DNA of 60,405 bases, the filler included, from Candidatus Omnitrophota bacterium (GTDB lineage Bacteria > Omnitrophota > Gorgyraeia > JAGLLT01): assembly GCA_023140385.1 (NCBI GenBank). It is 4 parts of 4 records of this genome, joined end to end, with 100 filler letters (N's around TTAATTAATTAA, not from the genome) between each part and the next. Parts side by side here need not be neighbours in the genome. Positions count along the whole stretch, not along the records: positions 43,240 to 52,078 come from JAGLLT010000029.1; positions 52,179 to 60,405 come from JAGLLT010000035.1; 2 more parts are not named here. One strand, 5' to 3'. Both the position numbers and the translations under genes were made by a program. Shown here in pieces: positions 50,906-59,868 of the stretch. The notes below the pieces were generated by a model. That model was not told the origin of the DNA, did no database searches, and was given only the letters and a program-made list of their open reading frames with translations. The first letter of the stretch is position 1. Each line of letters begins with the position of its first letter.

Positions 50906-51694
50906 GCTTTTTCTAATTTCGAGGGCTGACCCCTTTAGGAATATGAGGCCGGCGGCTAGCATGAAGAGGGTGTTGGGTTCGGGGATAACTGGGGTTGGCT
51001 CGGAAATGGGGATGGGGGTGGGGATGGTGCCAATGTCTGAGGGTATGATTAGAGTCTTTAATGGGGGTTCAATTGGAACTTCTGTGTCTTCGGAAGTTAG
51101 GGGGATGCCGAAGCCTCCTGTTTCTTCTTCAGCTTCAGCAACGCTAATGAGGGCCGGCATAATACCTCCGCCTATTCCGCCTCCGGACAAAGCGGTTATC
51201 ATGCCGTCTTTTTCCAAACGCAGATTAATGTTTTCTTTGTTCTTATTAAAAAACCAGGCCGGCTCATCGGAGCCTTCAACCAATATTAATGCTGCCGGCT
51301 TCCCTGAGATTATCACCTTAAAGTTCACCTTATCGCCCTCTCTGGCACCGTCTATGGTATCAGTCGAGGGGTCGTCTCCATAAACAGTTAACTTATATCC
51401 CTTCATCGGGTCTATCTTAGAAACACCGACACAAACCTCCTGTCCATTAACAGAAATAAATGCGGCTATTTGTCCGTCTATATAAGGAAAATCAACCATA
51501 TGACCTTCAAAGGATACGCGAGAATCGGTAGAGCCGTAAGTTAAGTTAAAAGAGGCGGGTGGGCTTTGTGAACCCAAGACTTGATTGTTCTCAGGAAGAG
51601 CGTAAAAAACATTGGCGGCATCCGCGTTTGCAGTTAAGATAACCGCCAATAAAAACAGTATCAACAGGATTTCTCCAACTCTATTTTTTCGCAT
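50894..51694 (-). CDS. PEP-CTERM sorting domain protein
   Basis: Signal peptide, VYGDDPST..DGAREGD domain, Pro/Thr linker, IPEPNTLFMLAAGL. Confidence 0.82.
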   Translation of the reverse strand: MRKNRVGEILLILFLLAVILTANADAANVFYALPENNQVLGSQSPPASFNLTYGSTDSRVSFEGHMVDFPYIDGQIAAFISVNGQEVCVGVSKIDPMKGYKLTVYGDDPSTDTIDGAREGDKVNFKVIISGKPAALILVEGSDEPAWFFNKNKENINLRLEKDGMITALSGGGIGGGIMPALISVAEAEEETGGFGIPLTSEDTEVPIEPPLKTLIIPSDIGTIPTPIPISEPTPVIPEPNTLFMLAAGLIFLKGSALEIRKSLTK

Positions 51695-51769
51695 AACTTC
51701 TCAAATCCATGCCCGGGATGCACGCAAAATAAAGGGGCTCTATTTAATAATGATTTACAATGTATATTC

Positions 51770-51798
51770 AGCATATCACTCCCAAGAAGATTTGTCAA
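51770..51798 (-). promoter_or_regulatory. Sigma70-type promoter of the PEP-CTERM gene
   Basis: Minus strand TTGACA-17-TATGCT. Confidence 0.6.
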
Positions 51799-51909
51799 TA
51801 AGAAGTTTTTGTTAAAAAAAGTAATAATTTGCTCTAACTAATACCTGTCATATAAAAAAGCTGCCTATACCCTGCGCCGCTTTTACAAAGAACTATTCAA
51901 GAAAAATAG

Positions 51910-52077
51910 CTACTCGCTGATACTGGCCGGCTGTTGAGCTCCTATGTTTATCATCATCCTGGCGTCCTTTATGTCGTAGTTTAAGTTATTAAGGTCCAGA
52001 TCGTCAGGCAGGATTCTGATGATGCTGATGCTTTCACGCGGAATGCCTAATATTCTTAGCTTGGCATCAACCCTTGG
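51910..52077 (-). CDS. 3' end of an unknown ORF running out of the gap
   Basis: Open frame PRVDAKLRILGIPRES...QQPASISE* from the gap edge. Confidence 0.5.
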   Translation of the reverse strand, partial: PRVDAKLRILGIPRESISIIRILPDDLDLNNLNYDIKDARMMINIGAQQPASISE

Positions 52078-52078
52078 C

Positions 52079-52178
52079 NNNNNNNNNNNNNNNNNNNNNN
52101 NNNNNNNNNNNNNNNNNNNNNNTTAATTAATTAANNNNNNNNNNNNNNNNNNNNNNNNNNNNNNNNNNNNNNNNNNNN
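52079..52178. other. Assembly spacer
   Basis: N44-TTAATTAATTAA-N44. Confidence 0.98.
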
Positions 52179-53684
52179 GGCAAGCAGGTCTACATATGCT
52201 TCTTTTGCCTGGGGCCGAATAACTCCGAATTTTCAATTCCGGCGGTTCAGATTACCGATTCCAGTTATGTTGCTCATTCAGAGGACATTCTCTACCGGAG
52301 CGGCTATGAGGAATTTATGAATTTAAAGGGTTCGGACAGCTTCTTCAAATTTGTTCATTCAGCCGGCCTTTTAGAAAATGGCGCAAGTAGGGATGTTGAG
52401 AAAAGACGGGTCTATATTGACCTGAAAGACAGTATTGTTTTTAGTACTAACACGCAGTACGCGGGTAACACTGTTGGATTAAAGAAACTTGCTATGCGCC
52501 TGGCAATAAATAAGTCTTCAAAAGAAGGTTGGCTTACGGAGCATATGTTTATTATGGGTATTGGCGGACAGGGCGGCAGGACAACCTATTTTGCCGGAGC
52601 TTTTCCAAGTGCTTGCGGTAAAACTTCAACCGCTATGTTGGAAGGAGAGACAATTGTAGGTGATGATATAGCCTATTTTAGAAAAATAAACGGGCAGATT
52701 CGTGCCGTAAACGTTGAGCGCGGTATGTTTGGAATTATCAGAGATGTTAACTCCAAGGCGGATCCCCTTATATGGAAGGCCCTGAATGGGCCCGGAGAGG
52801 TTATATTTTCAAACATCCTGATAACCGGTGACAAGGTTCCTTATTGGTTGGGAAAAGATGGTGAGATGCCGGAAGAAGGAGTCAATTATTCGGGCAGTTG
52901 GCAGAAGGGCAAGAAAGATAAAGATGGAGCAGAGATAACTCCCTCACATAAAAACGCCAGATATACTGTAAGATTGGGAAAATTAAGTAACTACGACCAA
53001 AAAGCTGAAGACGCGGAAGGTGTAGAGATTAAGGGTGTTGTTTATGGGGGAAGAGACTCCGATACCTCAGTACCCGTTGAACAGGCCTTTAACTGGCAGC
53101 ACGGAATTTTGGCCAAGGCTTCAAGCCTGGAGTCTGAAACTACAGCGGCTACCCTGGGGCAGGAGGGGGTCAGGACGTTTAATCCTATGTCAAATCTTGA
53201 TTTTCTCTCAATTTCTATAGGCGAGTATATAAGCAATAACCTGAGTTTTGTAAAAGGCGTAAAAGCCCCGCCGGCTATCTTTTCTGTTAACTACTTCTTA
53301 AAAGCTAAAGACGGCAGCTACTTAAACGGCATACACGATAAACACATTTGGCTTAAGTGGATGGAGCTTCGAGTGCATAACGAAGCAGAGGCCATAGAGA
53401 CACCCTCAGGATACATTCCTCTTTATGAAGATCTGAAGAGGTTGTTCAAAGATGTTTTGGACAAGGATTATTCGGAGGAGGAGTATAATGAGCAGTTTAA
53501 GCTGCGGATCCCTGAAAACCTTGCCAAGATAGAGAGAATTATCGGGATTTACAGGAAACAGGTCAGCGACGCGCCTGCTGAGTTATTTGATGAACTTGAA
53601 GCGCAGAAAAAAAGACTGCTAAAGGTTAGTGAAAAGTTTGGAGAGCATGTTGTTCCGGAAGATCTAAAAAGTATGGAACTTTAA
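52179..53684 (+). CDS. pckG: GTP-dependent phosphoenolpyruvate carboxykinase (5' end lost in gap)
   Basis: Frame open from the gap (QITDSSYVAHSE); YAGNTVGLKK, WLTEHM, AFPSACGKT, VGDDIA, HKNARY. Confidence 0.94.
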   Translation, partial: GKQVYICFFCLGPNNSEFSIPAVQITDSSYVAHSEDILYRSGYEEFMNLKGSDSFFKFVHSAGLLENGASRDVEKRRVYIDLKDSIVFSTNTQYAGNTVGLKKLAMRLAINKSSKEGWLTEHMFIMGIGGQGGRTTYFAGAFPSACGKTSTAMLEGETIVGDDIAYFRKINGQIRAVNVERGMFGIIRDVNSKADPLIWKALNGPGEVIFSNILITGDKVPYWLGKDGEMPEEGVNYSGSWQKGKKDKDGAEITPSHKNARYTVRLGKLSNYDQKAEDAEGVEIKGVVYGGRDSDTSVPVEQAFNWQHGILAKASSLESETTAATLGQEGVRTFNPMSNLDFLSISIGEYISNNLSFVKGVKAPPAIFSVNYFLKAKDGSYLNGIHDKHIWLKWMELRVHNEAEAIETPSGYIPLYEDLKRLFKDVLDKDYSEEEYNEQFKLRIPENLAKIERIIGIYRKQVSDAPAELFDELEAQKKRLLKVSEKFGEHVVPEDLKSMEL

Positions 53685-53702
53685 TTTGCGGGAGATATTT
53701 TT

Positions 53703-54599
53703 ATGCGAAAGACTATAATGTCCATTGAACTTGAAGGCCTTAAGCCTTTTAAAAAAGGCAAGGTTCGTGATGTTTTTGAAAGCGGCGATAAGCTGTTATT
53801 TGTAGCCAGCGACAGGATATCGGCTTTTGATGTGGTTATGCCTAATGGAATTCCTGACAAAGGAAAGGTCTTAACCCAGATATCTATTTTTTGGTTTGAA
53901 TTTACAAAAGATATTATTAAAAATCATCTTATTGCCTCTGATATTGATGAGATAGTAGGCTATGATGAAAAGATTGGGGCTTATAAGGATATCCTTGAAA
54001 AAAGATCAATGCTGGTTGAAAAAAGCCAACCCCTGCCGGTTGAATGCGTGGTAAGAGGGTATCTGGCGGGTTCCGGCTGGCGGGAGTATCAAGAAAAACA
54101 GAGCATTTGCGGCATTGAACTGCCGCCGGGCCTTAAGGAGTCCGATAAGCTTCCCGAGCCAATTTTTACTCCTTCAACAAAAGCGGAAACGGGACACGAT
54201 GAATCTATTACTAAGGATGAGACCATAGATCTCATAGGAGATAAACTCTTCGGGTTTGTAAGCTCTAAAAGTATTGAGATTTATAAAAAGGCCGATGATT
54301 TTGCCAGGTCAAAAGGTATTATTATTGCTGATACTAAATTTGAGTTTGGCAAAAAGGCCGATGAAATTATACTCATTGATGAAGTTTTAACCCCGGACTC
54401 TTCGCGCTTCTGGCCCCTTAATGAGTATAAAGCGGGAAGGCCTCAAAGGAGTTATGATAAGCAGTTTACCAGGGACTATCTGGACTCTCTTGATTGGGAT
54501 AAGGTTTCCCCCGGGCCGGTGCTTCCCGATGAAATCGTAAATAAAACAAGAGAGAAGTATCTCTCAATCTTAAGTTTAATTACCGGTAAGACATTATAA
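53703..54599 (+). CDS. purC: SAICAR synthase
   Basis: GKVRDV, SDRISAFD, VECVVRGYLAGSG, ADTKFEFG, DEVLTPDSSRFW. Confidence 0.97.
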   Translation: MRKTIMSIELEGLKPFKKGKVRDVFESGDKLLFVASDRISAFDVVMPNGIPDKGKVLTQISIFWFEFTKDIIKNHLIASDIDEIVGYDEKIGAYKDILEKRSMLVEKSQPLPVECVVRGYLAGSGWREYQEKQSICGIELPPGLKESDKLPEPIFTPSTKAETGHDESITKDETIDLIGDKLFGFVSSKSIEIYKKADDFARSKGIIIADTKFEFGKKADEIILIDEVLTPDSSRFWPLNEYKAGRPQRSYDKQFTRDYLDSLDWDKVSPGPVLPDEIVNKTREKYLSILSLITGKTL

Positions 54600-54681
54600 A
54601 ATAATATATTTTGAAAGACTGAATTTATATGGTAAACTTTTAAGAAAAGCATTTTACGAATTAAGCTTCCGGAGGTGAAGT

Positions 54682-55371
54682 ATGAGAGTTATTATAGTTG
54701 GAATGGGCAGTATTGGTACACAGTTAGCTAAAGACCTATCTCAAAGGCCGGGGATGGAGCTGGTTCTGGTGGACTCCAACGAAGAGAAGTGCGAGGATTT
54801 TTCAAGAGATTTTGACGCTCTGGTCCTGCACGGGGATGGAACCGAATCAGGACTTTTGAATAAGGCCAGCGCCAGGGAGGCTGATGCCTTGGTGGCTACT
54901 ACTGAGTCCGACGCCTTAAATACCGTTATTGGGATGATGGCCAAAAAGCTCAACGTGCCGAAAATAGTGGTAAAGCTAAATGACATAAATTTGAGAACCG
55001 CTTGTAAAGAGATAGGCATTGATTATATTATTTCGCCGACCATATCGGCAGCTACTGAGATAAGCAGTGTTTTGCACGGCTATGATATACTTGATTTTTC
55101 TCTTTTAATCAGAGGCGGCACGAGGTTGATTGAGTTGAGCCCGGGGGATACTGCCGGGAAAAAGCTAAAAGATATTGATCTGCCGGACGGTTCCTTGATT
55201 ATCTCCATTATCAGAGAGCATTCCGCTGTTGTTCCCAAGGGCAACGCGGAAATTATGAAGGATGATATTCTTTTAATTCTGGCAGAGAGTGAAAAGATAT
55301 TGGATAGATTAAAAGATATCTTCGGTGAACTCAAAAAAGCAAGAAGATCAAAAGAAAATAATCATTCCTAA
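54682..55371 (+). CDS. trkA: TrkA/KtrA-like potassium uptake regulator (RCK N+C)
   Basis: IIVGMGSIG NAD-binding motif, HGDGT, C-terminal TrkA-C domain. Confidence 0.9.
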   Translation: MRVIIVGMGSIGTQLAKDLSQRPGMELVLVDSNEEKCEDFSRDFDALVLHGDGTESGLLNKASAREADALVATTESDALNTVIGMMAKKLNVPKIVVKLNDINLRTACKEIGIDYIISPTISAATEISSVLHGYDILDFSLLIRGGTRLIELSPGDTAGKKLKDIDLPDGSLIISIIREHSAVVPKGNAEIMKDDILLILAESEKILDRLKDIFGELKKARRSKENNHS

Positions 55372-55394
55372 GGCCCCAAGAAGCCCATAAACTT

Positions 55395-56861
55395 ATGCTG
55401 AGGAAGTTTGTTCAACCAATAGACCTAAGATTAGTTTTTATATATCTGGCCGAACTGCTGGGTGTACTGGGTTTGATTTTTATCCTGCCTTTAGCCGTTT
55501 CTTTAATCTTTCGGGAATTTGAATACAGCATTTTATTTTCTGTTCTGGCAGTTTTACTTTTTGCCATAGGTTATATAGGCAGGCAGTTCCAGAGCAGTTA
55601 TCGAAAGAAGCCGGTTTTAAGGGACGCTCTGATAGTTACGGCTTTAATATATCTTGTCTACAGCCTGGTTGGCGGCCTCATTTTCAGGCTCTTTCCCAAC
55701 TGTTCCTATATTAATGGTGTTTTTGAAGTAATGTCGGGATTGACTACTACCGGCCTTACTATGCTGGTTCCCGAGTATCTGCCGAAAACCCTCATTTTTT
55801 TCCGTTCCTATACACAGTGGTTGGGAGGCCTGGGCATAATTATTATATCTTTAGCGCTGCTCTTTAGGCCGGGTGGAGCGCCGGTTAAACTTTATGCTTC
55901 TGAGTTCGGAGAAGAAAATATTATCGGCAGTGTGGTAAAGACTGCCAGAATTGTACTTAAGATATACGCGCTGTTGACAATTTGCGGTCTAATTTCTTTT
56001 TGGGCGGCGGGGATGGGTTGTTTTGATGCTGTGATTCATATAATGTCCGGTATTTCTACCGGGGGTTTTTCCGCCTATAGCGACAGTATAGGCCATTACA
56101 AGAGCCCGGTTATCAGTATGACCGTTTGCCTCTTTATGCTTTTGGGAGCGGTAAGTTTTCCGCTTTATTATAAAGTAGCTAAAAGAGGGGTGCGTCATTT
56201 TTTCAGGGATATGCAGGTAAGAGTTCTGTTTATTCTGACGGCTTTGGCTGCCTGCCTGTTTTTTCTGGGTTTTGGGTTATATTTTAAGAATCTTGTTCCG
56301 GCGTTATTTCAAAGTGTTACTTCCATAACCCAGACAGGTTTCAATACGGTGGATATGGCGGGACTCTCTGATAAAAGTAAATACATTACTATCCTCCTGA
56401 TGATTGTCGGCGGCAGTACCTGTTCGACAACGGGAGGTATTAAGATTCTGAGGTTTATAGTTTTATTAAGCGCTTTGAGATGGCTTGTTTGGAAGAGGGC
56501 CCTGCCGGAAGAAGCGAAAATCTCACTAAAAGTTGAAAGGGTGGAAATATCGCCCAACACGCTTAGCGTAGTAATGGGTTTTGTAACCGCCTATATGTTA
56601 ATACTGTTTTTTTCGACATTAGCCCTTATGTATTTGGAAAACTTTAACTTTATAGATTCACTTTTTGAGGTTGCTTCCGCCGAGGGAACCGTCGGCCTCT
56701 CGGTTGGTATTACCAGGCCGGATATGAACGTCCTGAGCAAAATACTTTTTATCTTAAATATGTGGTTAGGCCGTCTTGAAATTATTCCCGTTCTGATACT
56801 TCTTTCTCCAAAAACCTGGATGAAAAAGATGAGAAGAAAATCATTAGCAGATGAACGATGA
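55395..56861 (+). CDS. trkH: TrkH potassium transporter
   Basis: Four pore motifs TTTGLT, STGGFS, TQTGFN, GTVGLS; GGIKILR; GRLEI. Confidence 0.93.
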   Translation: MLRKFVQPIDLRLVFIYLAELLGVLGLIFILPLAVSLIFREFEYSILFSVLAVLLFAIGYIGRQFQSSYRKKPVLRDALIVTALIYLVYSLVGGLIFRLFPNCSYINGVFEVMSGLTTTGLTMLVPEYLPKTLIFFRSYTQWLGGLGIIIISLALLFRPGGAPVKLYASEFGEENIIGSVVKTARIVLKIYALLTICGLISFWAAGMGCFDAVIHIMSGISTGGFSAYSDSIGHYKSPVISMTVCLFMLLGAVSFPLYYKVAKRGVRHFFRDMQVRVLFILTALAACLFFLGFGLYFKNLVPALFQSVTSITQTGFNTVDMAGLSDKSKYITILLMIVGGSTCSTTGGIKILRFIVLLSALRWLVWKRALPEEAKISLKVERVEISPNTLSVVMGFVTAYMLILFFSTLALMYLENFNFIDSLFEVASAEGTVGLSVGITRPDMNVLSKILFILNMWLGRLEIIPVLILLSPKTWMKKMRRKSLADER

Positions 56862-57772
56862 CTTTTTTAAAGGAGAGCCCAAGTCACAATGTTTATAACC
56901 AGGCAAAAAAAGGGGCATGGATAGGAGTTTTAGGAAACCTTTTTCTTTCTTTGCTGAAAATTGGGACAGGTTTTTTCGGCAGAAGCATGGCTCTGATAAC
57001 GGACGGTTTCCACTCCCTTTCGGACATTGCCTCTTCACTGGCGGTATTTTTCGGCCTGGTTATTGCTTCGAAACCTAAAGATGAAAGTCATCCGTATGGC
57101 CATGGTAAGGCGGAGCCCCTTGTTTGTCTTACTATTTCTTTTTTATTAATAGCCTGTGCCGGTGTTATGTTTTTTAAGGCGACTGTTTCTTTGACGCGCG
57201 GGGAAGTTACCGGATTGCCCGCCCCGGCTACCCTGTGGGTAGTGCTCTTTTCCATTTTATTTAAAGAGACGATGTTTCGTTATAAAATACAGTTGGCAAA
57301 AAAATTAAAGAGCACCTCTTTAACGGCTGATGCCTGGCATCACCGCTCGGATGCTTTGTCGTCTATTGTCGTCGCGGCTGCTATCGGAGGTTCTCTGTTA
57401 GGAGGCGGCTCCTGGCAGATTCTGGATAGAATAGGCGCGATGATTGTCGCTGTAATGATAATATTTGTCGCTGTAAAGATATATTTGAAGGCCGCTTCGG
57501 AGTTGATGGACGCGCCCCTTGATCCTAAGGTCGTCAGACAAATTGAAGAAGCCGCCGGCGGGGTTGAAGGGGTGAAGTATATCGAAACTTTATTGACCAG
57601 GAAATCCGGGCTTGATTTTTTAGTTGATATCCACATCGAGGTTGATCCTGAATTAAACGTGCTGGAATCTCACGCCATAGCTTCTAAAGTTAAGAGAAAT
57701 ATTTTAGAAAACCTTCCGGCGGTAAAATCCGTTTTGGTCCACGTTGAACCTTTTTTAAACAAAGGAGGATGA
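56858..57772 (+). CDS. Cation diffusion facilitator (FieF-like)
   Basis: DGFHSLSD, HPYGHGKAE, ADAWHHRSD, VHVEP. Confidence 0.93.
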   Translation: MTFLKESPSHNVYNQAKKGAWIGVLGNLFLSLLKIGTGFFGRSMALITDGFHSLSDIASSLAVFFGLVIASKPKDESHPYGHGKAEPLVCLTISFLLIACAGVMFFKATVSLTRGEVTGLPAPATLWVVLFSILFKETMFRYKIQLAKKLKSTSLTADAWHHRSDALSSIVVAAAIGGSLLGGGSWQILDRIGAMIVAVMIIFVAVKIYLKAASELMDAPLDPKVVRQIEEAAGGVEGVKYIETLLTRKSGLDFLVDIHIEVDPELNVLESHAIASKVKRNILENLPAVKSVLVHVEPFLNKGG

Positions 57773-57773
57773 T

Positions 57774-58142
57774 ATGAATTGGTTTATTATTTTTTTTGGG
57801 TTATATGCTATGTTTGTGGGAGTAATGCTTATTCTTTTTCCCGCTGTTTTTAAGAAAAAAATGACAAAATTGCTAAGCCTGAAAAACTACAAAGCCCTTG
57901 GAGTGGTAACAGCGATAATAGGTTTGCTGTTTCTTCTGGCAAGCAGCGGTGCTAAGATGAGTTTATTTATTGTACTTATCGGCATCCTCTCCCTTTTAAA
58001 AGGCTTCTTTTTTATCTTTGCCGCCCACGACAAAATTAAATTCCTCATCAACTGGTGGCTTTCTCTGCCGACAGATAGCTGCCGTATCTGGGGCATCATG
58101 GCCTTTACAATGGGCCTGCTTTTGATAGTAGCGGGGGCTTAA
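57774..58142 (+). CDS. Small 4-TM membrane protein
   Basis: Four hydrophobic helices; GGAGG RBS. Confidence 0.75.
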   Translation: MNWFIIFFGLYAMFVGVMLILFPAVFKKKMTKLLSLKNYKALGVVTAIIGLLFLLASSGAKMSLFIVLIGILSLLKGFFFIFAAHDKIKFLINWWLSLPTDSCRIWGIMAFTMGLLLIVAGA

Positions 58143-58200
58143 AGAGAAGGCTAATAAAATGCTTTAAAGCGCTTTATTAATCCACTCCCCTTTTTTCTAC

Positions 58201-58258
58201 TTGACACGCCGCTTGTCCAATGCTATACTTTAATTGGTAATGAAAACCATTTTCAATA
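58201..58258 (+). promoter_or_regulatory. Promoter and Fur-box-like operator
   Basis: TTGACA-17-TATACT; palindrome TGAAAA-CCA-TTTTCA at 58241-58255. Confidence 0.72.
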
Positions 58259-58270
58259 AGGAGTATATCT

Positions 58271-58750
58271 ATGCCCCGGGGGCCTCATTGGTTTCATAGA
58301 AGGATTAGAGGGTATGGCTGCCGTCTTACGCTTCCAAGGCAGAGGATTTTGGAGGTGTTAAGCCGCTCGTCCAAGCATCTCAGCGCGGAGGAGATTTATC
58401 ACAGAGTTCACCAGGTTTATCCCGCTATCGGGTTAACTACCGTTTATAGAACTTTGGAGATGCTGGTTAGCGGGGCAATGGTAATGAGGTTTGACTTTGG
58501 TGACGGCAGGACGCGTTATGAACTGATAAAAGACCAGGGTGCTTTAACATCTCATCATCACCTGATATGTAGAGTTTGCCTAAAAATAATTGACTGCGAA
58601 GAATTCACAGGAGATGAAAGGGATTATTTAAAAAGTATTGAAAAGAAACTTTCAAAAAAATACAAATTTGAGATACGCGAGCATCAAACGCGTTTTTACG
58701 GTGTTTGCGACAAATGCAAAAAGGAGGTGACAGATTATGCCAAGAGGTGA
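58271..58750 (+). CDS. fur: Fur-family transcriptional regulator
   Basis: RLTLPRQRIL, HLSAEEIY, TTVYRTL, HHHLICRVC, CDKC. Confidence 0.92.
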   Translation: MPRGPHWFHRRIRGYGCRLTLPRQRILEVLSRSSKHLSAEEIYHRVHQVYPAIGLTTVYRTLEMLVSGAMVMRFDFGDGRTRYELIKDQGALTSHHHLICRVCLKIIDCEEFTGDERDYLKSIEKKLSKKYKFEIREHQTRFYGVCDKCKKEVTDYAKR

Positions 58751-59102
58751 TGGAACAGGGCCTATGGGGATGGGGTCAATGACAGGCCGTGCCGCGGGTT
58801 ATTGCGCCGGTTATCCCGCGCCAGGTTATGTTAATCCGATTCCCGGAAGAAGTTTTGGATTTGGCCGTGGATGGGGCCGAGGCCGTGGATGGGGCCGAGG
58901 CCGATGGGCATATCCATACGGAGCACCGTACGCGGAAAATTATTATGGACCGTCTTACGGAAATCCGTATAATCCACAGATGACTCCTCAACAGGAGGCG
59001 GAAATGCTTAGAGAGCAAAGCAGCGCGATGCAGGAAGAGATCAAAGCCGTTAATAAGCGGATTAGTGAACTGGAATCCGCGTCTAAAGAGTCTAAAAAGT
59101 GA
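58737..59102 (+). CDS. DUF5320-like Gly/Arg-rich protein with C-terminal coiled coil
   Basis: MPRGDGTGPMGMGSMTGRAAGYCAG, GRGWGR repeats. Confidence 0.85.
   Translation: MPRGDGTGPMGMGSMTGRAAGYCAGYPAPGYVNPIPGRSFGFGRGWGRGRGWGRGRWAYPYGAPYAENYYGPSYGNPYNPQMTPQQEAEMLREQSSAMQEEIKAVNKRISELESASKESKK
58863..58898 (+). repeat. Exact 18-bp tandem duplication (GRGWGR x2)
   Basis: GGCCGTGGATGGGGCCGA x2. Confidence 0.85.
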
Positions 59103-59113
59103 TAGCTTTATAA

Positions 59114-59154
59114 CGGATAAAGGAAAAGCAGTTTGACTGTTTTTCCTTTATCCG
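59114..59154 (+). terminator. Long intergenic hairpin (terminator or stability element)
   Basis: CGGATAAAGGAAAAGCAG-TTTGA-CTGTTTTTCCTTTATCCG; T-run only 5 nt further on. Confidence 0.55.
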
Positions 59155-59191
59155 CGGGGTTTTTACGTGGAAAAATCAAAGAGGGTAAAAG

Positions 59192-59572
59192 ATGAAAGTA
59201 ACTATTTCAACCGACAATAACCAGGTGGCGCTTCACTTTGGGCGTTGCCCGGAGTTTACTATTGTAGAAATCGAAGATAATCGACTTATAAAAAAAGAAA
59301 CAATAGAAAATCCGGGGCATCATCCCGGTTATTTGCCGGAGTATTTCAAAAATATGGGGATTGATTGTATTGTCTGCGGCGGTATGGGTCAGCGAGCCCA
59401 GCTTTTATTTAATGAGGCCGGCATTAAAATGATAACCAGTATAAGCGGCTCAATTGATGAAGCTGTAAATAACCTGATAGCAGGCAGTCTTGAGTCAGGC
59501 CCTAATGTTTGCCAGCCGGGTGAGGGTAAGGGCTATGGTGTGGAAAAGACTGAATGTGAGCATCCGGAGTAG
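59192..59572 (+). CDS. NifB/NifX-family (MTH1175-like) metallocluster-binding protein
   Basis: HFGRCPEF, NPGHHPG, CGGMGQRA. Confidence 0.88.
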   Translation: MKVTISTDNNQVALHFGRCPEFTIVEIEDNRLIKKETIENPGHHPGYLPEYFKNMGIDCIVCGGMGQRAQLLFNEAGIKMITSISGSIDEAVNNLIAGSLESGPNVCQPGEGKGYGVEKTECEHPE

Positions 59573-59600
59573 TGTCAAAAGTTGCATGATAAGAAGGGAA

Positions 59601-59745
59601 GGAAATCCTAAACACTAAATCCGAAGCACTAAACAAATCCAAATGGCCAAAATATAAAATTCAAAACAGTTTAGAACATTTAGATTTTGAGTTTAGAATT
59701 TGTTTAAAATTTAGGGTTTAGAGTTTTTAAACGTATAAAGGGTAA
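59601..59745. repeat. Module H copy 2
   Basis: AAATCCT/AAACACT/AAATCCG/AAGCACT...AGAATTT/AGGGTTT/AGAGTTT; ends TTTTTAAACGTATAAAG. Confidence 0.85.
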
Positions 59746-59750
59746 ATAGT

Positions 59751-59860
59751 TTTGAGTATATATCCCCCCTTGTTTTCTTATGAAAACACGCAGGGGGGAT
59801 CAATTCAGGCTTATCATTTACGCCAACTTCGTTGTCATAAATGATGCCTTCATTGAGGAG
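59751..59860 (+). repeat. Module P copy 2 fused to module R copy D
   Basis: ATCCCCCCT...AGGGGGGAT, then CAATTC-AGGCTTATCATTTACG-CCAACTTCGTTGT-CATAAATGATGCCT-TCATTGAGGAG. Confidence 0.88.
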
Positions 59861-59868
59861 ATAACAAT

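Larger units (their letters stand above)
49919..50933 (-). mobile_element. Element bounded by perfect 23-bp inverted repeats, carrying a Y1/RAYT transposase
   Basis: GGGGTCAGCCCTCGAAATTAGAA at 49919-49941 and its exact reverse complement at 50911-50933. Confidence 0.85.

Noticed and set aside
50943..51383. 146-aa ORF with GMGVGM repeats
   Set aside because: Antisense shadow of the Pro/Thr linker of the PEP-CTERM gene.
22348..52178. Three identical TTAATTAATTAA palindromes flanked by Ns
   Set aside because: Artificial six-frame-stop scaffold linkers. The split dusB and truncated gcvPB, GH2 and pckG are assembly effects, not pseudogenes, and adjacency across gaps 2 and 3 is unproven.
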